From: Octopus sinensis
Taxonomy: Eukaryota
NCBI RefSeq assembly: GCF_006345805.1
Contig: NC_043000.1
Location: forward strand, 147,560,001-147,624,000
DNA: 64,000 nt
Direction of reading: 5' to 3'
Part shown: one piece after another, positions 24,598-37,997 of the stretch
Position numbering within the stretch: position 1 is the first letter of the stretch
Layout: each line of letters opens with the position of its first letter
Made by a program: the position numbers and the translations under genes
The notes under the pieces: generated by a model
Database searches by the model: none
Seen by the model: only the letters and a program-made list of their open reading frames with translations
What the model was told of the DNA's origin: nothing

Positions 24598-25123
24598 TTA
24601 AAAGAAGGAGACAAACATTCATATACTCACAGTCACACACATATATACATATATGATGAACTTCTTTCAATTTCCATCTATTTTCACTAAAGATAGATAT
24701 TAGATATATCTAAATATGTGTAAAATATCTAGTCTCAACATGTTAATCTTCTATTATAACTATTTCAATACACCTGTTCTTACTGACCCTTATATTATGG
24801 CCGCTACTGTACTTACATAGTTGTTAACCAAATGGTTAAGAAGCTAGCTTTGCAACCGTGAAGTCTTTAACTCATTTCCATTGAGACTCATATCTTGTGA
24901 ATGAAACTGGGTTGACAAAAACTGTATAGAAGCCCATTTGGATTATATCTATATCTCAGATGTACAGCTTTGTCATAAACTGTCAAGCTAATTCAACCTG
25001 TGTATTATTTTAATGGTACGCATGTCTGGGATGCAGTTAGTTCACTAGTAGCTGATCCAATTTATCCAAATAACTGAATATTCATTGTAGAAACCAAAAG
25101 ATCCATCTGTGTATACACATGCA

Positions 25124-25330
25124 TACTCTTTTACTCTTTTACTTGTTTCAGTCATTTGACTGCGGCCATGCTGGAGCACCGCCTTTAATCAAGCAACTCG
25201 ACCCCAGGACTTATTCTTTTGTAAGCCCAGTACTTATTCTATCGGTCTCTTTTGCTGAACCGCTAAGTAACGAGGACATAAACACACCAGCATCGGTTGT
25301 CAAGCAATGCTAGGGGAACAAACACACACA

Positions 25331-25373
<43 letters not shown>

Positions 25374-25527
25374 GACGGGCTTCTTTTCAGTTTCCGTCTG
25401 CCAAATCCACTCACAAGGCTTTGGTTGGCCCGAGGCTATAGTAGAAGACACTTGCCCAAGGTACCACGCAGTGGGATTGAACATGGAACCATGTGGTTGG
25501 TAAACAAGCTACTTACCACACAGCCAC
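25124..25527 (-). mobile_element. SINE family A
   Basis: Same structure as 14994-15396. Confidence 0.9.
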
Positions 25528-25927
25528 GATTGATTTCTGCATATCAAATTCCACTCTCAAAGTATTCAGTCCACCTCAGGTTTTCAAAGACACTTGCGCA
25601 GTGGGATCAAACCCAAAACCTCTTTATTACAAAACAAACTCTGTAACTACACAACTATGCTACATATTAAATGCCTATCAGAACAAAATATAAAAGTTAG
25701 TCCTTTTACGGATTGCATGGAACTCTAGAGCTAAAGTAACTTCAGTTTTTGTAGCATTAAACTAATGAGAGATAAGAGTCTCTTATCCTGATGAGACAAT
25801 GGTCTATTGCAGATCACTTTACTTGAAAAACTATCTATTTCCTCACCGCTAGTGTTTCCCAATACAAAATCAACCTGAAGCTGTAAGAAACTCATATTTA
25901 AGCATTGACCTGAACTTATTTTTATTT

Positions 25928-26307
25928 TGGCTGTGTGGTAAGTAGCTTGCTAACCAATAACCAACCACATGGTTCCGGGTTCAGTCCCACTGCTATCGCC
26001 CCAGGCCGACCAATGCCTTGTGAGTGGATTTGGTTGACGGAAACTGAAAGAAGCCCGTCGTATATATGTATATATATATGTGTGTGCGTGTATGTTTGTG
26101 TGTCTGTGTTTGTCCCCCTAGCATTGCTTGACAACCGATGCTGGTGTGTTTACGTCCCCATCACTTAGCGGTTCGGCAAAAGAGACCGATAGAATAAGTA
26201 CTGGGCTTACAAAAGAATATGTCCCGGGGTCGAGTTGCTCGATTTTAGGCGGTGCTCCAGCATGGCCGCAGTCAAATGACTGAAACAAGTAAAAGAGTAA
26301 AAGAGTA
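25928..26307 (+). mobile_element. SINE family A with the CORE-like block deleted
   Basis: cccactgc is joined directly to tatcgcccc, so the gtggcaccttgggcaagtgtcttc block is missing. Confidence 0.88.
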
Positions 26308-26841
26308 TGTGAACTGAAGTATTGGTAATTCTTTTGCAATCCTTTATTTTTTCAATATTACACCAATTAGTTTAGCAATAACTGTTTGTATTTGTTGTTT
26401 GTATTATCCATTTTTCTATTCAGCTGTATAGTGTTTGGTTGATTAAACTGTTTGATTTAAAGGCCATTAGTTCAAACTACTACCCCTCCCATTTCTGGAA
26501 CATATTATCATGCTTGGCTCAGTAAACATTATTGAAAATACATAGCATGTCTAATTTATTTGGTATCCCTAAAAAAACTTAATTCAGAGAACAAAAGACA
26601 GAGTCAATAATCATATACTTGCTCTTTTCACCACTCACTCCATTCAATTGTTGATTGATTGTATGTATGCATCTGATATTTAAGATGAATGTTTCACCTT
26701 CATAATCTCATTACTCTACCATTCAGTAATGATATTAAATTTATATTCAATTGAACCACTTAATTTATTTACTAACCATGAAACAGTGGGAGCCATTTCT
26801 CATTTATACATGTGAAATTGTATGACAGATGGCACAAATAT

Positions 26842-27252
26842 ATCATCATCATCATCATCGTTTACCGTCCGCTTTCTATGCTAGCATGGGTTGGATGATT
26901 TGACTGAGGTCTGGCGAACCAGATGGCTGCACCAGGCTCCATTCTGATCTGACAGAGTTTCTACAGCTGGATGCCCTTCCTAACACCAACCACTCCGAGA
27001 GTGTAGTAGGTGCTTGTATGTGCCACCGGCATGAGAGCCAGTCAGGCGGTCCTGGCAACGGTCACCCTCAAATGGTGCTTTTTATGTGCCACCTGCACAG
27101 GAGCCAGTCCAGCGGCACTGGCAACGACCTTGCTCGAATGTTTTTTCACGTGCCACCAGCACAAGTGCTAGTAAGGTGGCACAGGTAATAATCACACTCG
27201 AATGGTGTTTTAATGTGCCACCAGCACGAAGGCAGCTTGTTGCTCTGGCAAA
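26842..27252 (-). mobile_element. RTE 3' tail (family C, older subfamily)
   Basis: (cat)n, ctacagctggatgcccttcctaac core and several tttatgtgccacc units. Confidence 0.82.
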
Positions 27253-27254
27253 TG

Positions 27255-27321
<67 letters not shown>

Positions 27322-27629
27322 ATAATGACTGAAACAAGTAAAAGAATAAATATAATAAATATAATAAGTAAAAGAATAAATATATATATATATATATATA
27401 TATTTATATTTATTCTTTTACTTGTTTCAGTCATTTGACTGTGGTCATGCTGAAGCACCGTCTTTAGTCAAACGAATCGACCCCAGAACTTATTCTTTGT
27501 AAGCCTAGTACTTATTTTGTTGGTCTCTTTTGCCAAACCGCTAAGTTACATGAATGTAAACACACCAACACTGGTTGTCAAGTGATGGTCGGGAGACAAA
27601 CATACACACACACACACACACACATACAT

Positions 27630-28344
27630 ATCATCATCATCATCATCATCGTTTAACGTCCGCTTTCCATGCTAGCATGGGTTGGACAGTTCAACTGGGG
27701 TCTGGCAAGCCCGAAGGCTGCACCAGGCCAGTCAGATCTGGCAGTGTTTCTACAGCTGGATGCCCTTCCTAACGCCAACCACTCCGAGAGTGTAGTGGGT
27801 GATTTTATGTGCCACCGACACAGGTGCCAGACGAGGCTGGCAGACGGCCACGCTCGGATGGTGTTTTTTATGTGCCACCGACACAGGTGCCAGACGGGGC
27901 TGGCAGACGGCCATGCTCGGATGGTGTTTGTTACGTGCCCTCAGCACGGAGGCCAGTCGTTGCGGTACTGGCTACGATCACGTTCGGATGGTTTTCTTAT
28001 GTGCCACCGGCACTGGTACCACAAGGATACAAATTCCATTGATGTTCATCTATTTTGATTTGGTTCGATTTGATTTGATTTGATTTGATTCGATTCTCAC
28101 TTGCCTCAACAGGTCTTCACAAGTGTCACAAGAAGGAAGGTATGCACAGGTGGACTGACTACGTCCCAGGTAGGGGCCACGGATTATGGCTTCACTAGTC
28201 TTGCCGGGTCTTCTCACGCACAGCATACTTCCATAGGTCTCGGTCTCTAGTCATTTCCATGGTGAGACCTAACGTCCGAAGGTCGTGCTTCACCACTTCG
28301 TCCCAGGTTTTCCTGGGTCTACCTCTTCCACGGGTTCCCTCAAC
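27630..28344 (-). mobile_element. 5'-truncated RTE LINE: ORF C-terminus plus complete 3' UTR
   Basis: Minus strand VEGTRGRGRPRKTWDEVVKHDLRTLGLTMEMTRDRDLWKYAVREKTRQD*, then UTR repeat units and (gat)n. Adjoins the microsatellite of a partial family A SINE (~27410-27629). Confidence 0.9.
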
Positions 28345-29435
28345 ATATATATATATATATATATATATATGCTAGCAACCCAACCCACCCCCATCCTTTG
28401 GATGGTGTAAGTTCATGATTGGACTGGGGTCTGATATAGTGTAATTCCACTTCTGCCTATGCTTCTGTCTGTTATGCTTCTGGCAACTGCTGTAGAAGCA
28501 GTATTATGAGCATGCAGGAGTTCTTCTGTCTTGCTTGCCCGCAAGGAATGCAAAACAGAAGTTTTTCTGCTAATGTGACTCTTGCTTTTTCAAGGCATCC
28601 TATCGAAAATCTGTAATTGAATGAATCTTTAAAAAAACCAATTAAAGTTACCTTGTTGCTGTTTGCAAGCACTAAATATGGTATTTCAACAGAAAAGAAT
28701 TCCCACAACGCTAAAGCGCACAATTCTTTGCAATGGTATTGTAAGCACCAAATGGCACATGGATGTGGACAGTTGTGAATGAGCATTCACATCTATAAGC
28801 ACATATGGACAGAGCGTGTTTCGAGAAAAATCAATATTCTATCAACCAAAAGTGCAATAGTGATAAAATGTAAACCCCCAGTGCACTGACATGTAAGCAG
28901 AAGATAAAGGGTATTTCAAGGAAATATCACACTTAAGTGCGAAATTTAAATAAAAAGAACGTGCAAATCAGAACGGTTTCTAGGACTTATCTGGAGATGA
29001 AAGACAACCAAAACTGGGTTTCCTTTGGGGAAAAAAGGATGCTAGCATAAAAATTACCTTATATTAATTTGGAAATAATGAAAATTCTTTATAGATTAAG
29101 TCCGCGTAGCCAGAAAACTTCAAATGGGATAAAGGGTTCAGCAATATGTGATGTTTACCGATAAAGTAGCAAACCTTGTGGATAAATATGGGATCTTTAC
29201 CTTTTGACCTACAGATGTAAAAAATAATTTTTTGTAACTAAACACTTTTAAACTTCGGACACTTGTAGAATGTGTCATATGAAACATGTTTTACTCTTAG
29301 CATTTTTGAGGAAAACTTATATTTATGAAGTTATTTCACGTTAAAGTTCTCGTGTTTTGGTAATTTCAACCAATCAATGATGTGTATTCAGCTGAATAAA
29401 ATTACTGCTGTTGTTTGTCAACAAGAACTTCCGGT

Positions 29436-29549
29436 GGTGTAGTTTTCATTTGTAACTGTTATTTATGACAACCCTAACCCTAAAACCTTAAAACCAGTAC
29501 AAATGCACAAACAATGTCATAAATAACAGTGACAAATGAAAAATACACC
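29436..29549. repeat. 35-bp inverted repeat enclosing telomere-like CCCTAA hexamers
   Basis: Arms 29436-29470 and 29515-29549 match at 33/35 by eye. The spacer starts accctaaccctaa. Confidence 0.75.
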
Positions 29550-30070
29550 TGCCTTTTGACTCTTTTAGTCTTTACTTTATATATGTGTGTGTGTCCTACT
29601 ATAGCCTTGGGCTGACCAAAGCCTTGTGAGTGGGTTTGGTAGGTAGAAACTGAAAGAAGCCTGTCATGTATATATATATATATGTATGTATCTGTGTTTG
29701 TACTCCCACCATCGCTTGAAAAGTAGTTTATTTACCATTTTGATACCAAAGTTTTATTGAAATACATTGTTTTTGTTTTAATTAATTTTAGAAATAATGA
29801 AGAACTTAGTAAAATAACTTTGTTGTTACTATACTGGTTTCTGTAAATTGAATTTTTGATGGAAAGTTTTAATTTAAAACACTTTAAAAGTGAAAGTTTG
29901 TATCATTGGACGATGGGCGATCTCAGGCAGGTTAGTATCAAAAGAGTTAATGGGCTAAATGCTTTGATATGAAGCCTTCGTTTGAGAGCTGACATTTTTA
30001 TTTAAACTATTCTACTAATTCTCGTGAAATTCATTTTACTTACATGTATTTTCATTTCTATTTCTTTTAG

Positions 30071-30231
30071 CACATGATTATGAGCTTCCGTGTGTCAGAA
30101 CTTCAAGTCTTACTTGGTTTTGCTGGTAAAAGTAAAAGTGGTCGCAAACAAGAACTTCTACAAAGAGCTTTAGGTTTGGTATCTCGAGTCTGTTCAATAC
30201 CTGTTCAAATAAAAATTCGTGAACTATACAG
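30071..30231 (+). CDS. PIAS: PIAS / Su(var)2-10 family SUMO E3 ligase, internal exon encoding the N-terminal SAP domain
   Basis: Translates [53 protein letters not shown](R), closely matching the recalled PIAS N-terminus ([30 protein letters not shown]...VQMKIKELYR) including the LxxLL motif. Polypyrimidine acceptor tttctatttcttttag ends at 30070. Donor AG|gtatgt starts at 30232. Length 161 nt, phase 0 in and phase 2 out. Confidence 0.96.
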
Positions 30232-32634
30232 GTATGTTGTTATATTTGTATCTGTTAAACACTACTATGTGCTTGCTTCACTTATATTTGTAGTCAGTTT
30301 ATTATACTTCATTCTGAAATTCACTCCTATGTTCTTTTGATTATAGAATTTCATTCATCTTCAAAATGATTTAATCGTTTTGTTTCTGTATGCATATTTT
30401 CACCTGCATGTCATAACTTGATGGTAATGTGATTGTTTTAAATATAGGCTGAATTATTGGTGACTAATTCACTTATTAATTCAGAATTGTTAAAGGTGAA
30501 ATTATAAATTGCTTGATTTTTTCAATTTGCTAAGTAAGCTCTGGTTTATAAAAGAGCTGCTTATGTCTGCATAAACAAGGCACTAGACAACCAGTCAGTA
30601 TCTAAGTCAGTGGTCTTATCACTGTTGCTGCACTGGGTTCTTGAACAAGCAACTTCACTTTTGTATGTATCACAGAATATTATAATTCACTGCTAACAAC
30701 AGTGAAAAAGTGATGAGTGTTTTGCCAGCTAAAAGTATTACAATTCCTCTCACGGATATGGTCAGAAGAGGTGTTGAGTCCTATTGGTCTCCTCCATATA
30801 TCCAACTGTGCCATAGCATTAGGTACAGTCCCTGACTATCAAATTTGGGGCTGAGGTGGGCTCATTTTTTCCCTCTTGGTTTTTGATATATAAAGTAATA
30901 AAAAAAAATATTGGAATTTCCTTAAATGATATTCATTTCTCATTTTTCTTGTTTTAGATAAATTGTTAAAAAAAAAATTGTCTCTTTTTTTTTTCTTTTT
31001 GACAAAATTTTGTCTATTTACAGTTAAATATTCTACACCATCTCAGTAAAAGACATTTAAATATTTTCATTTTCCATTGTATATATATTTAGTTACATTT
31101 CATTTAAATTATATATGAAAGATATTTCAGCAACTCTGAAATTAAATATAGCTGAAGAAATTATTAAAAATATAGAGCACCAATGTTTTTGTGGAATGTA
31201 GTGTCTAGAGATGCTTTATAATTGGTTAGAAATAATAATCAATAAATACAAAGTTCCATGTTAATTAAAATAAATATAGAAAATTTTTACAACCGTTATA
31301 GTCATATTGATTACCAGCTTCAAAATGGATAGCTTTCCTAGTTGATTAAATTATCAATTGTATATTCTAATCTTGTGAAAGTAATAAGCAACAGTATATT
31401 TATATTGTCTGATATTTTGGGTCAAGAAGTTATGTCTAGTAGTTAATCTAAAAATGGAAAATTATCTTACAGAGTAATGTATGCTAACTTAAAGTTAAGA
31501 TATTTTTATGTCTTAAAATTTGAAAGCCTCTTTCTCGACATAATTATTTTATTCATTGGTTTTAATTTTATATTGGTGCTGCAGGTACCAGTTTTCATTT
31601 CATCATATAGGTTTAAGTGAAAATATATTTATCAATGTATAATGTAATAATATATGTTTGGACTTTGAAATTGAAAGTTCAGCATCTGTTGGCTTCCAAG
31701 ATGTTGCTTTTTGATACCTGAAGTATTTTATTTTATTTTCTTAAATGTTATATATTCACTTTTCCATGCTAATACAGTTTGGCAGCATTTTCAAAACCAT
31801 AGTTTGTCCTTTATTTAAGAGCATTAATTCTATGTTTGTCATAGGCTTTGTGGCTATGATTTAAGAATTGTCTTAATCATTCATGGTCAGTATGTAACAT
31901 GCATCCCTCTAAAATCTGAAGTGTGTGTTAATTCATATTTAGAAGAATCTCTTGAATTTATGAAAGACCTTATGTAGTTCTCATTTTCCCTACAAGTGAA
32001 GTTCATGCACACACACACACAAGTGAAAAAAGCAATGTACATGCACGCACATACACAAACATTCTTATTTGGCAAATTCAAAGTCTGTTTACTAAATTTG
32101 GAATGTACTTTTACAATACTGTGAACTTAAATTAGCTAGCTGCATGAAAATTAATGTGTTTATTTCTCTTCAAAAGGAGAGAAAAATAGAAACTGCTTTT
32201 GGAGAAAACGTCTCTTTTCAATTAACAAAATAGCTCATATTGATATAAGACTTCTTATAGCAACTACTCTATAATGCTTTGCTTGTGAACATTCTTGCTA
32301 AAGTGAACTAACTTCATATCTACCAGGTATAATAGGCATGTCTCAGGAGTAATTGTGTGAAATTCTCAAATTATTTTAAAATACTTCAATTACTTTGATC
32401 TCTTATTGGCAGAATATTGAAGATGGTTCATAAATTTGGGAAGCTAGCCTGCATACATATTTTAAGATATTTAATTTGACGTTACATTATTCTGCAAGTC
32501 ATGAATAACAGAGTATGAATTCTTCATCATAAAAATAATTCCATTGAAAAGTAAACCAGAATTTTCTATAAAATATTGTTCCTTTAACCAAGGAGATACA
32601 CTAGCTAAAATTCTGAGTTAGATATATTATACAA

Positions 32635-33172
32635 GCATGACTGTGTTGTTAACAAGCTCATTTTGCAGTTGTGTCTTTGGGCTCTCTCCAACTGTGCTGC
32701 ACCTTGGAAAGTGTGTTCTATAACCCTGGGCTGATCAGTGCCTTGAGGGTAAAAGGGTGAATTTGATAGAGAGAAACTGTGTGGAAGACCATTGTGTGTT
32801 TGTCTATATATACACCACTCTTGGGGTAGTTGGCATTAGGAAGAGCATCCAGCTGTAGAAACCATGCGAAATCAGATTGGAACTTGGTGCAACTGTCCAG
32901 CTTACCAGTTCCAGTCAAACCGTTTAACCTATGTCAGCATGGAAAGTAGATGCTAAATGATGATGACACGTGTGCATACGCATGTGTTTATATCTTTGTT
33001 TGTCACCACCACCACTTGACACCTGGTGTTGGCTTGTTTATGTTCAGCAAAAGAGACTGATAGAATAAGTACCAGGCGTGAAAAATATGTACTGAGGTTG
33101 ATTTGTTCAACTAAGCCCTTCAGTGGGGTGCTCAGCGTGTCAGCAGTCCAATGACTGAAAGAAGTAAAAGAT
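32635..33172 (+). mobile_element. Old family A-like SINE with an RTE tail inserted in its microsatellite
   Basis: Degenerate head, then ttggcattaggaagagcatccagctgtagaaac...gatgatga (~32815-32966), then gatagaataagtacc...atgactgaaagaagtaaaaga. Confidence 0.65.
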
Positions 33173-33391
33173 GATTATTGTTTTAAAGATTTTTGTTTTT
33201 GTTTTGTTTTCAATTTGAATACTTCTTAAACTGTTCATATCTGTATCATATGACTTCTTAATTAAATTTCTTCATATCTTTTCGAATAGGTGAAATCAAA
33301 GATATTTGATTTCAGTTTTGTTCTGATTATTTCATATGTGAAATTTGAAATGGTAGCTTGTGGTTGAACTAATTTTCAAAATATATATTAA

Positions 33392-33780
33392 GTAGCAGTA
33401 TCGCCCGGCATTGCTCGGGTTTGTTTCGACCCTTTAGAATTGGAATTTTTGAAAAGTAAAAATTTTGCATTATGTAGCTTGTTATTCTCTTTAAGTGAAC
33501 ATTTTTCTGGTTGAAATACACTGAAAAATGGCGACACAGCAGTAAAAAAATCGTAAATATAGGGATTTTCATAGAAAAAAAGCACCTTTTTGATGTAAAT
33601 AATTTTTGGTATTAACATAGTTCGATTTGAATTTTTCTTCTGCAGAAGGAAGAGCAAGCCTTCATCTATCATACTCTCAATTTTGGTCAACTTGCGCCGC
33701 AGGGTCTTGGGGAGATAGTGTTAGTTGAAGGCTACGAAACCTGCCATACACAGACAACTTCAGCTTTATGTATATAGAGA
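33392..33780 (-). mobile_element. Non-autonomous Helitron-like element H2
   Basis: Shares the tagcagtatcgcccggc.ttgctcgggtttgt 3' end with H1 but has a different body. 5' end reads tctctatatacataaag. Confidence 0.72.
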
Positions 33781-33877
33781 TTTAGTTGTGTAGTGTTTTA
33801 TGAATGGGATTCTATTCTTCATTTAATTTGACCTAATGTTATTTCATGGGTTGTTAAAATAGATGCTTTATTTCGAA

Positions 33878-34214
33878 GGCGCATGGCTCAGTGGTTAGAG
33901 CGTCGAGCTTACGATCGTGAGGTTGTGAGCTCGAATCCCGGACCGGGCTGCGTGTTGTGTTCTTGAGCAAGACACTTTATTTTCACGTTGCTCCCGTTCA
34001 CTCAGCTGTAGAAATGAGTTGCGACGTCACTGGTGCCAAGCTGTATCGACCTTTGTCTTTTCCTTGGATAACACTGGTGGCGTGGAGAGGGGAGGCTGGT
34101 ATGCATGGGCGACTGCTGGTCTTCCATAAACAACCTTGCCCGGACTTGTGTCTAGGAGGGTAACTTTCTAGGTGCAATCCCATGGTCATTCATGACCAAA
34201 GGGGGTCTTTACCC
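33878..34214 (+). mobile_element. tRNA-derived SINE family E (CORE-like centre)
   Basis: A box tggctcagtggtt, B-box-like gctcgaatccc, then gtgttcttgagcaagacacttta...cagctgtagaaatgag. TSD tatttcga at 33869-33876 and 34215-34222. Confidence 0.88.
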
Positions 34215-37200
34215 TATTTCGATTTTATATAAAATATTAAATGCTAATGTGACACTAGGTTAGGCATTTAAAGTTGGGGGAGAGATACAGTTACTCCACT
34301 TAGTGGTTCTTCTGTTACTATCCCTAGATGGATGAAAAGCCAAGTTGATTAGCAGGGTTTGAACTAAATCTGTTGGGGCATATAATTTGTCACCCTACTC
34401 TTTCTGTCACTCTGTTCCACCCTACTTTCATTATTGAAAGTCTTCTTTCTTAATTGAAAACTTTTTTGATGAAAGATACTTTCTCTTAAATTCATTGCAA
34501 ATCAAATCCAGACAAGAGTTCTGAATATTGTTGTAGTAAATATCTCTTGCTTTCTGGGAAGGTTTCTATAATTTCTTCATTTTCTCTTTAAATATATTGA
34601 CATGTGTTGTCTGATCTCAGTTTACTGTTTATTGAAAGAACAAGGCTTAAATAGTATGAAAAATTTCAAGTTACATCTTTTATTAAACTTTATTAAATTG
34701 TCTTATTTAAAGTTTGCTTTAGTTTCTATATATGAAGCCCATTTGCATTCACCTCAACATGCAGTCTTACAAATTCTTGAATGTTTCTAAATTTAGGCCC
34801 TCCATATTTCTTTCTGACTTTTTACACAACATTCCAGAAAATTCATTTCTGAAGTAAGACAAAAGTCAAAGTGAATAATAAATTTTAATTTACATGACGT
34901 TTGTTGAGAAGGATTTAGCACAAATTTAAATTAAGAATGTTTTTCAATTATATTCTTGTGGTCGTTCATTATTTCACAAATGTTCCATTTCCTTACAGTT
35001 GTCTATAGTCAAATGATATATTTTTCTCTACATTAGTTTGTTCAATCGATTTTGTTGAGAGGGAAACACAAAACTTGCTACATTGTAAAATTTTCCCTTC
35101 CCTAAATAAGCTATAACTTTATTTTGAAAGCATCTGTAAAATTTATTTAGTGTATATCAATATTTCTTAAAAACAAACAAAAACAGAAAAAATAGTAATG
35201 TTATTCGATTTGTTATTAATGTTTCCTCCCTTGTTTTTTAATAAATATAAAAATACTTCTTGTTCAAATATATAGTAAATATTTTGGCTAATTTTAATTT
35301 CTGAATTGTGTCTATTGAAACTTAGGTGCTTTTGATGAACTCATTATTTTTATTATCAACTAGATTTTTTTAAAGATTCTTGTTATAACATTAAGCCTAT
35401 GTTTTAGACATTATGATGTTTGTGTGTATGCATATACCTGTATGTATAATTATGTTTGTGTATGTGTGCAGTTGTGCATGTGTGCTAATATATATATATA
35501 TACATATACATTTTGGTAATATATATGTATGTGTGTGTGTGCATATATATTTGTGTGTCCAATTGTTTTTTAAATAATGTAAAAGTTATGAATATTATCT
35601 AAATATCAACAACTATCAGAATGTTGGATGAAATTTGTTAAAAGTTCTAACTTTTGCATAAATCATCATAGTTGCTTTTAGATTTCTTGTGATAGTGCAA
35701 TGAAAATTCAGACTCATTTTTTAGAAATCTAGTTGAAGATGAGAACATAGCATTTAAAATATAGCAAATACATTGGGAGATATAAGAATTGTCCTTGTCT
35801 AGCAGTTGGTTTGATTTGAGACTTGAAACTGAAGCAATTACTTCATTGAAGAGCTGTTCTGACCAATTAATAAATCAAAAAAGTGTTAAATTCACTTTGA
35901 ATTTTATTTGATAAGGTGTCAAAAGTTTTGTTAGTCAACTATGATGTGGTCACTGACACAGTTCTACTGTAAGTGTTTGAAAGTTTGTTATAAAGATTAA
36001 TAAACTTTCTAAGTATTTCAGTGGGAATGTATCAGTGACCAGCTTGCAGTTGTGTGATGAAAATTTTGGCACTAGTTTCATGTTACAAAATAGCTAATGC
36101 TGCTTATTTAAAATGTACTTATGTATAAAAGTATATCTAATTAATATCTAAGTTACTCTGTGTTGTTAAGTTCATTTATCCATTGTCTGTCCGTGTCTAT
36201 CTCACTGTCAGCCAGTTACATTCATATTCCAAGTTGTAGAAAGGGCATCCAACTGTGAAAAACACTCCAACAATATGCAGTTGCTAGTATGGAGTGAAAT
36301 ATATAGAATAGTATTAAATGTTTCAAAATAACTTTATATTAACTGTTTGGCTATAAGTATATAATATGCCAGTTATTGATATTTCTATTATTATAAAGAT
36401 TTTGTCAGTTTATTCTTTTATTGATTTTCATCAAATGAATAGTCATTTACATTAAATCCATTGTTTTACTTTTCACTAAAGAATAAAAAGGCAAAAAATC
36501 ACTCAGTATTTGAACTCAGGACATACAGGAGTGTAATTAAATAAATACTAATTTTTACCGATCTACCATTCTCATAAAATTATATCTTTTTACCATGATT
36601 TATGTTATTTTCTTATCTCTATTTTCATCATTAATTTTGGAAACTACTTTTAAGTATTTGTATTTATTACTATTTTCTACAACTACATTGGATCATTTAA
36701 GAGTTTTTTGTGTTCACACACACACATATCTACTAATAATTGTAAAATATTTTTTAATTCCTATCCTCATTTTCGAAAAATATATTGATATGAGGAAATC
36801 AGTTGATTTTATTTCAATGTAAAAGTGTATTTGGATTATATATGTTTAGTTGATAACCTTTCTATATCTAGTATCAGTATATTGGTAATCAATATTTCTG
36901 CTAGTTGAAAACTGTTCTCAATATTTTCTGGCTCTATTGATCCAAAATGTATCTAAAATATTCTAGAGAAATTCCAATGCTGTTTCTTATTAAATTGAAA
37001 ATTGTATTAACTATTTTATCATATATTCTGATCAGTTGTTGTAATATGATTAATATTAAACTTGTTAATTTATGACTAATGCTTTATTTAAAGAAAGTTT
37101 AATAGGATTTTTCATTGTGATAAGCCATCGATTAAATAATAAAAAAAAAAAAATGCTTTTTATCTACTCACATCTAATCCTCTGTTGTTTGGTTTTCAAA

Positions 37201-37553
37201 TTTATTACCTCTGTCTTGGGATCATGTAACTTATCTGAAGTTAGTGACTAACAGTTCAAAGATTATCTGGTCTTGGATTCTATATGCAAGATGCAAGTCC
37301 AAGGATTTTTACAAGGAAAATATTTGCAAATACTTTTGTTCAGATTGGTGGTTTGGTTAATGCATTAAAAATATAACATCTTATTTGGAACAAAAACTTT
37401 TGAGGGTATATAAACTTATGGTGTCTTCTAATCTCAAGAGACTAAATGATTTAGAACCAAACAACAGTTTGTAAAATACATGTAGAAAAGTCGAAATATA
37501 GTCTACTAAGTTGAAATTAGTAATAAACATTGGTTTAAGAATTGTTATTTCTA

Positions 37554-37701
37554 CAGGGTGTCCTGAAAATCTAAGAGACATTGATGTAAATGATGGTTAA
37601 TTTTGTTAATTATGAGTAAAGTATATTGTCCATAATGAAAAAAAAAATCCCCCCAAAAAACTTTGCATAGCGAGATGGATCAGCATTTTCAGGACAGCCT
37701 A
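37554..37701. mobile_element. Possible Tc1/mariner-type MITE
   Basis: TA|CAGGGTGTCCTGAAAAT ... ATTTTCAGGACAGCCTA|TA, with TIRs matching at 15/17. Confidence 0.55.
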
Positions 37702-37958
37702 TAGTTTAATAAATAATTGGCAAACATAATTCAACCCCTCCTTTCCTCTATCTATCTCTTTTCCCTCCTTTTTCTTTCTTTTTTTTATTATTCAAGACAA
37801 CTTCCTATTTTGACTGATTATTCATCTGTTGGGAACTCCATCTCTGGTGTGAGGTAAGATATTTGACTGATATATATGAATGTATGTGCAGATGTGTGGA
37901 CGTGTGTGTTTGTGTATGTAATGGATGTTTGTATGTATGCATGTATGTACATTCATAC

Positions 37959-37997
<39 letters not shown>

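Noticed and set aside
1-30070. Search for the PIAS start exon (MA...ELK followed by a GT donor) or a CpG-rich promoter
   Set aside because: No candidate seen by eye. A very short exon could have been missed, or it lies upstream of the window.
30232-30340. Hydrophobic C-terminal extension of the 88-aa ORF as a membrane-anchored SAP protein
   Set aside because: Read-through into T-rich intron after a strong donor. PIAS similarity stops exactly at the splice site.
33878-33950. Possible tRNA gene (also the family D heads near 43200-43269 and 46895-46964)
   Set aside because: No acceptor-stem closure. It continues into a SINE body flanked by TSDs.
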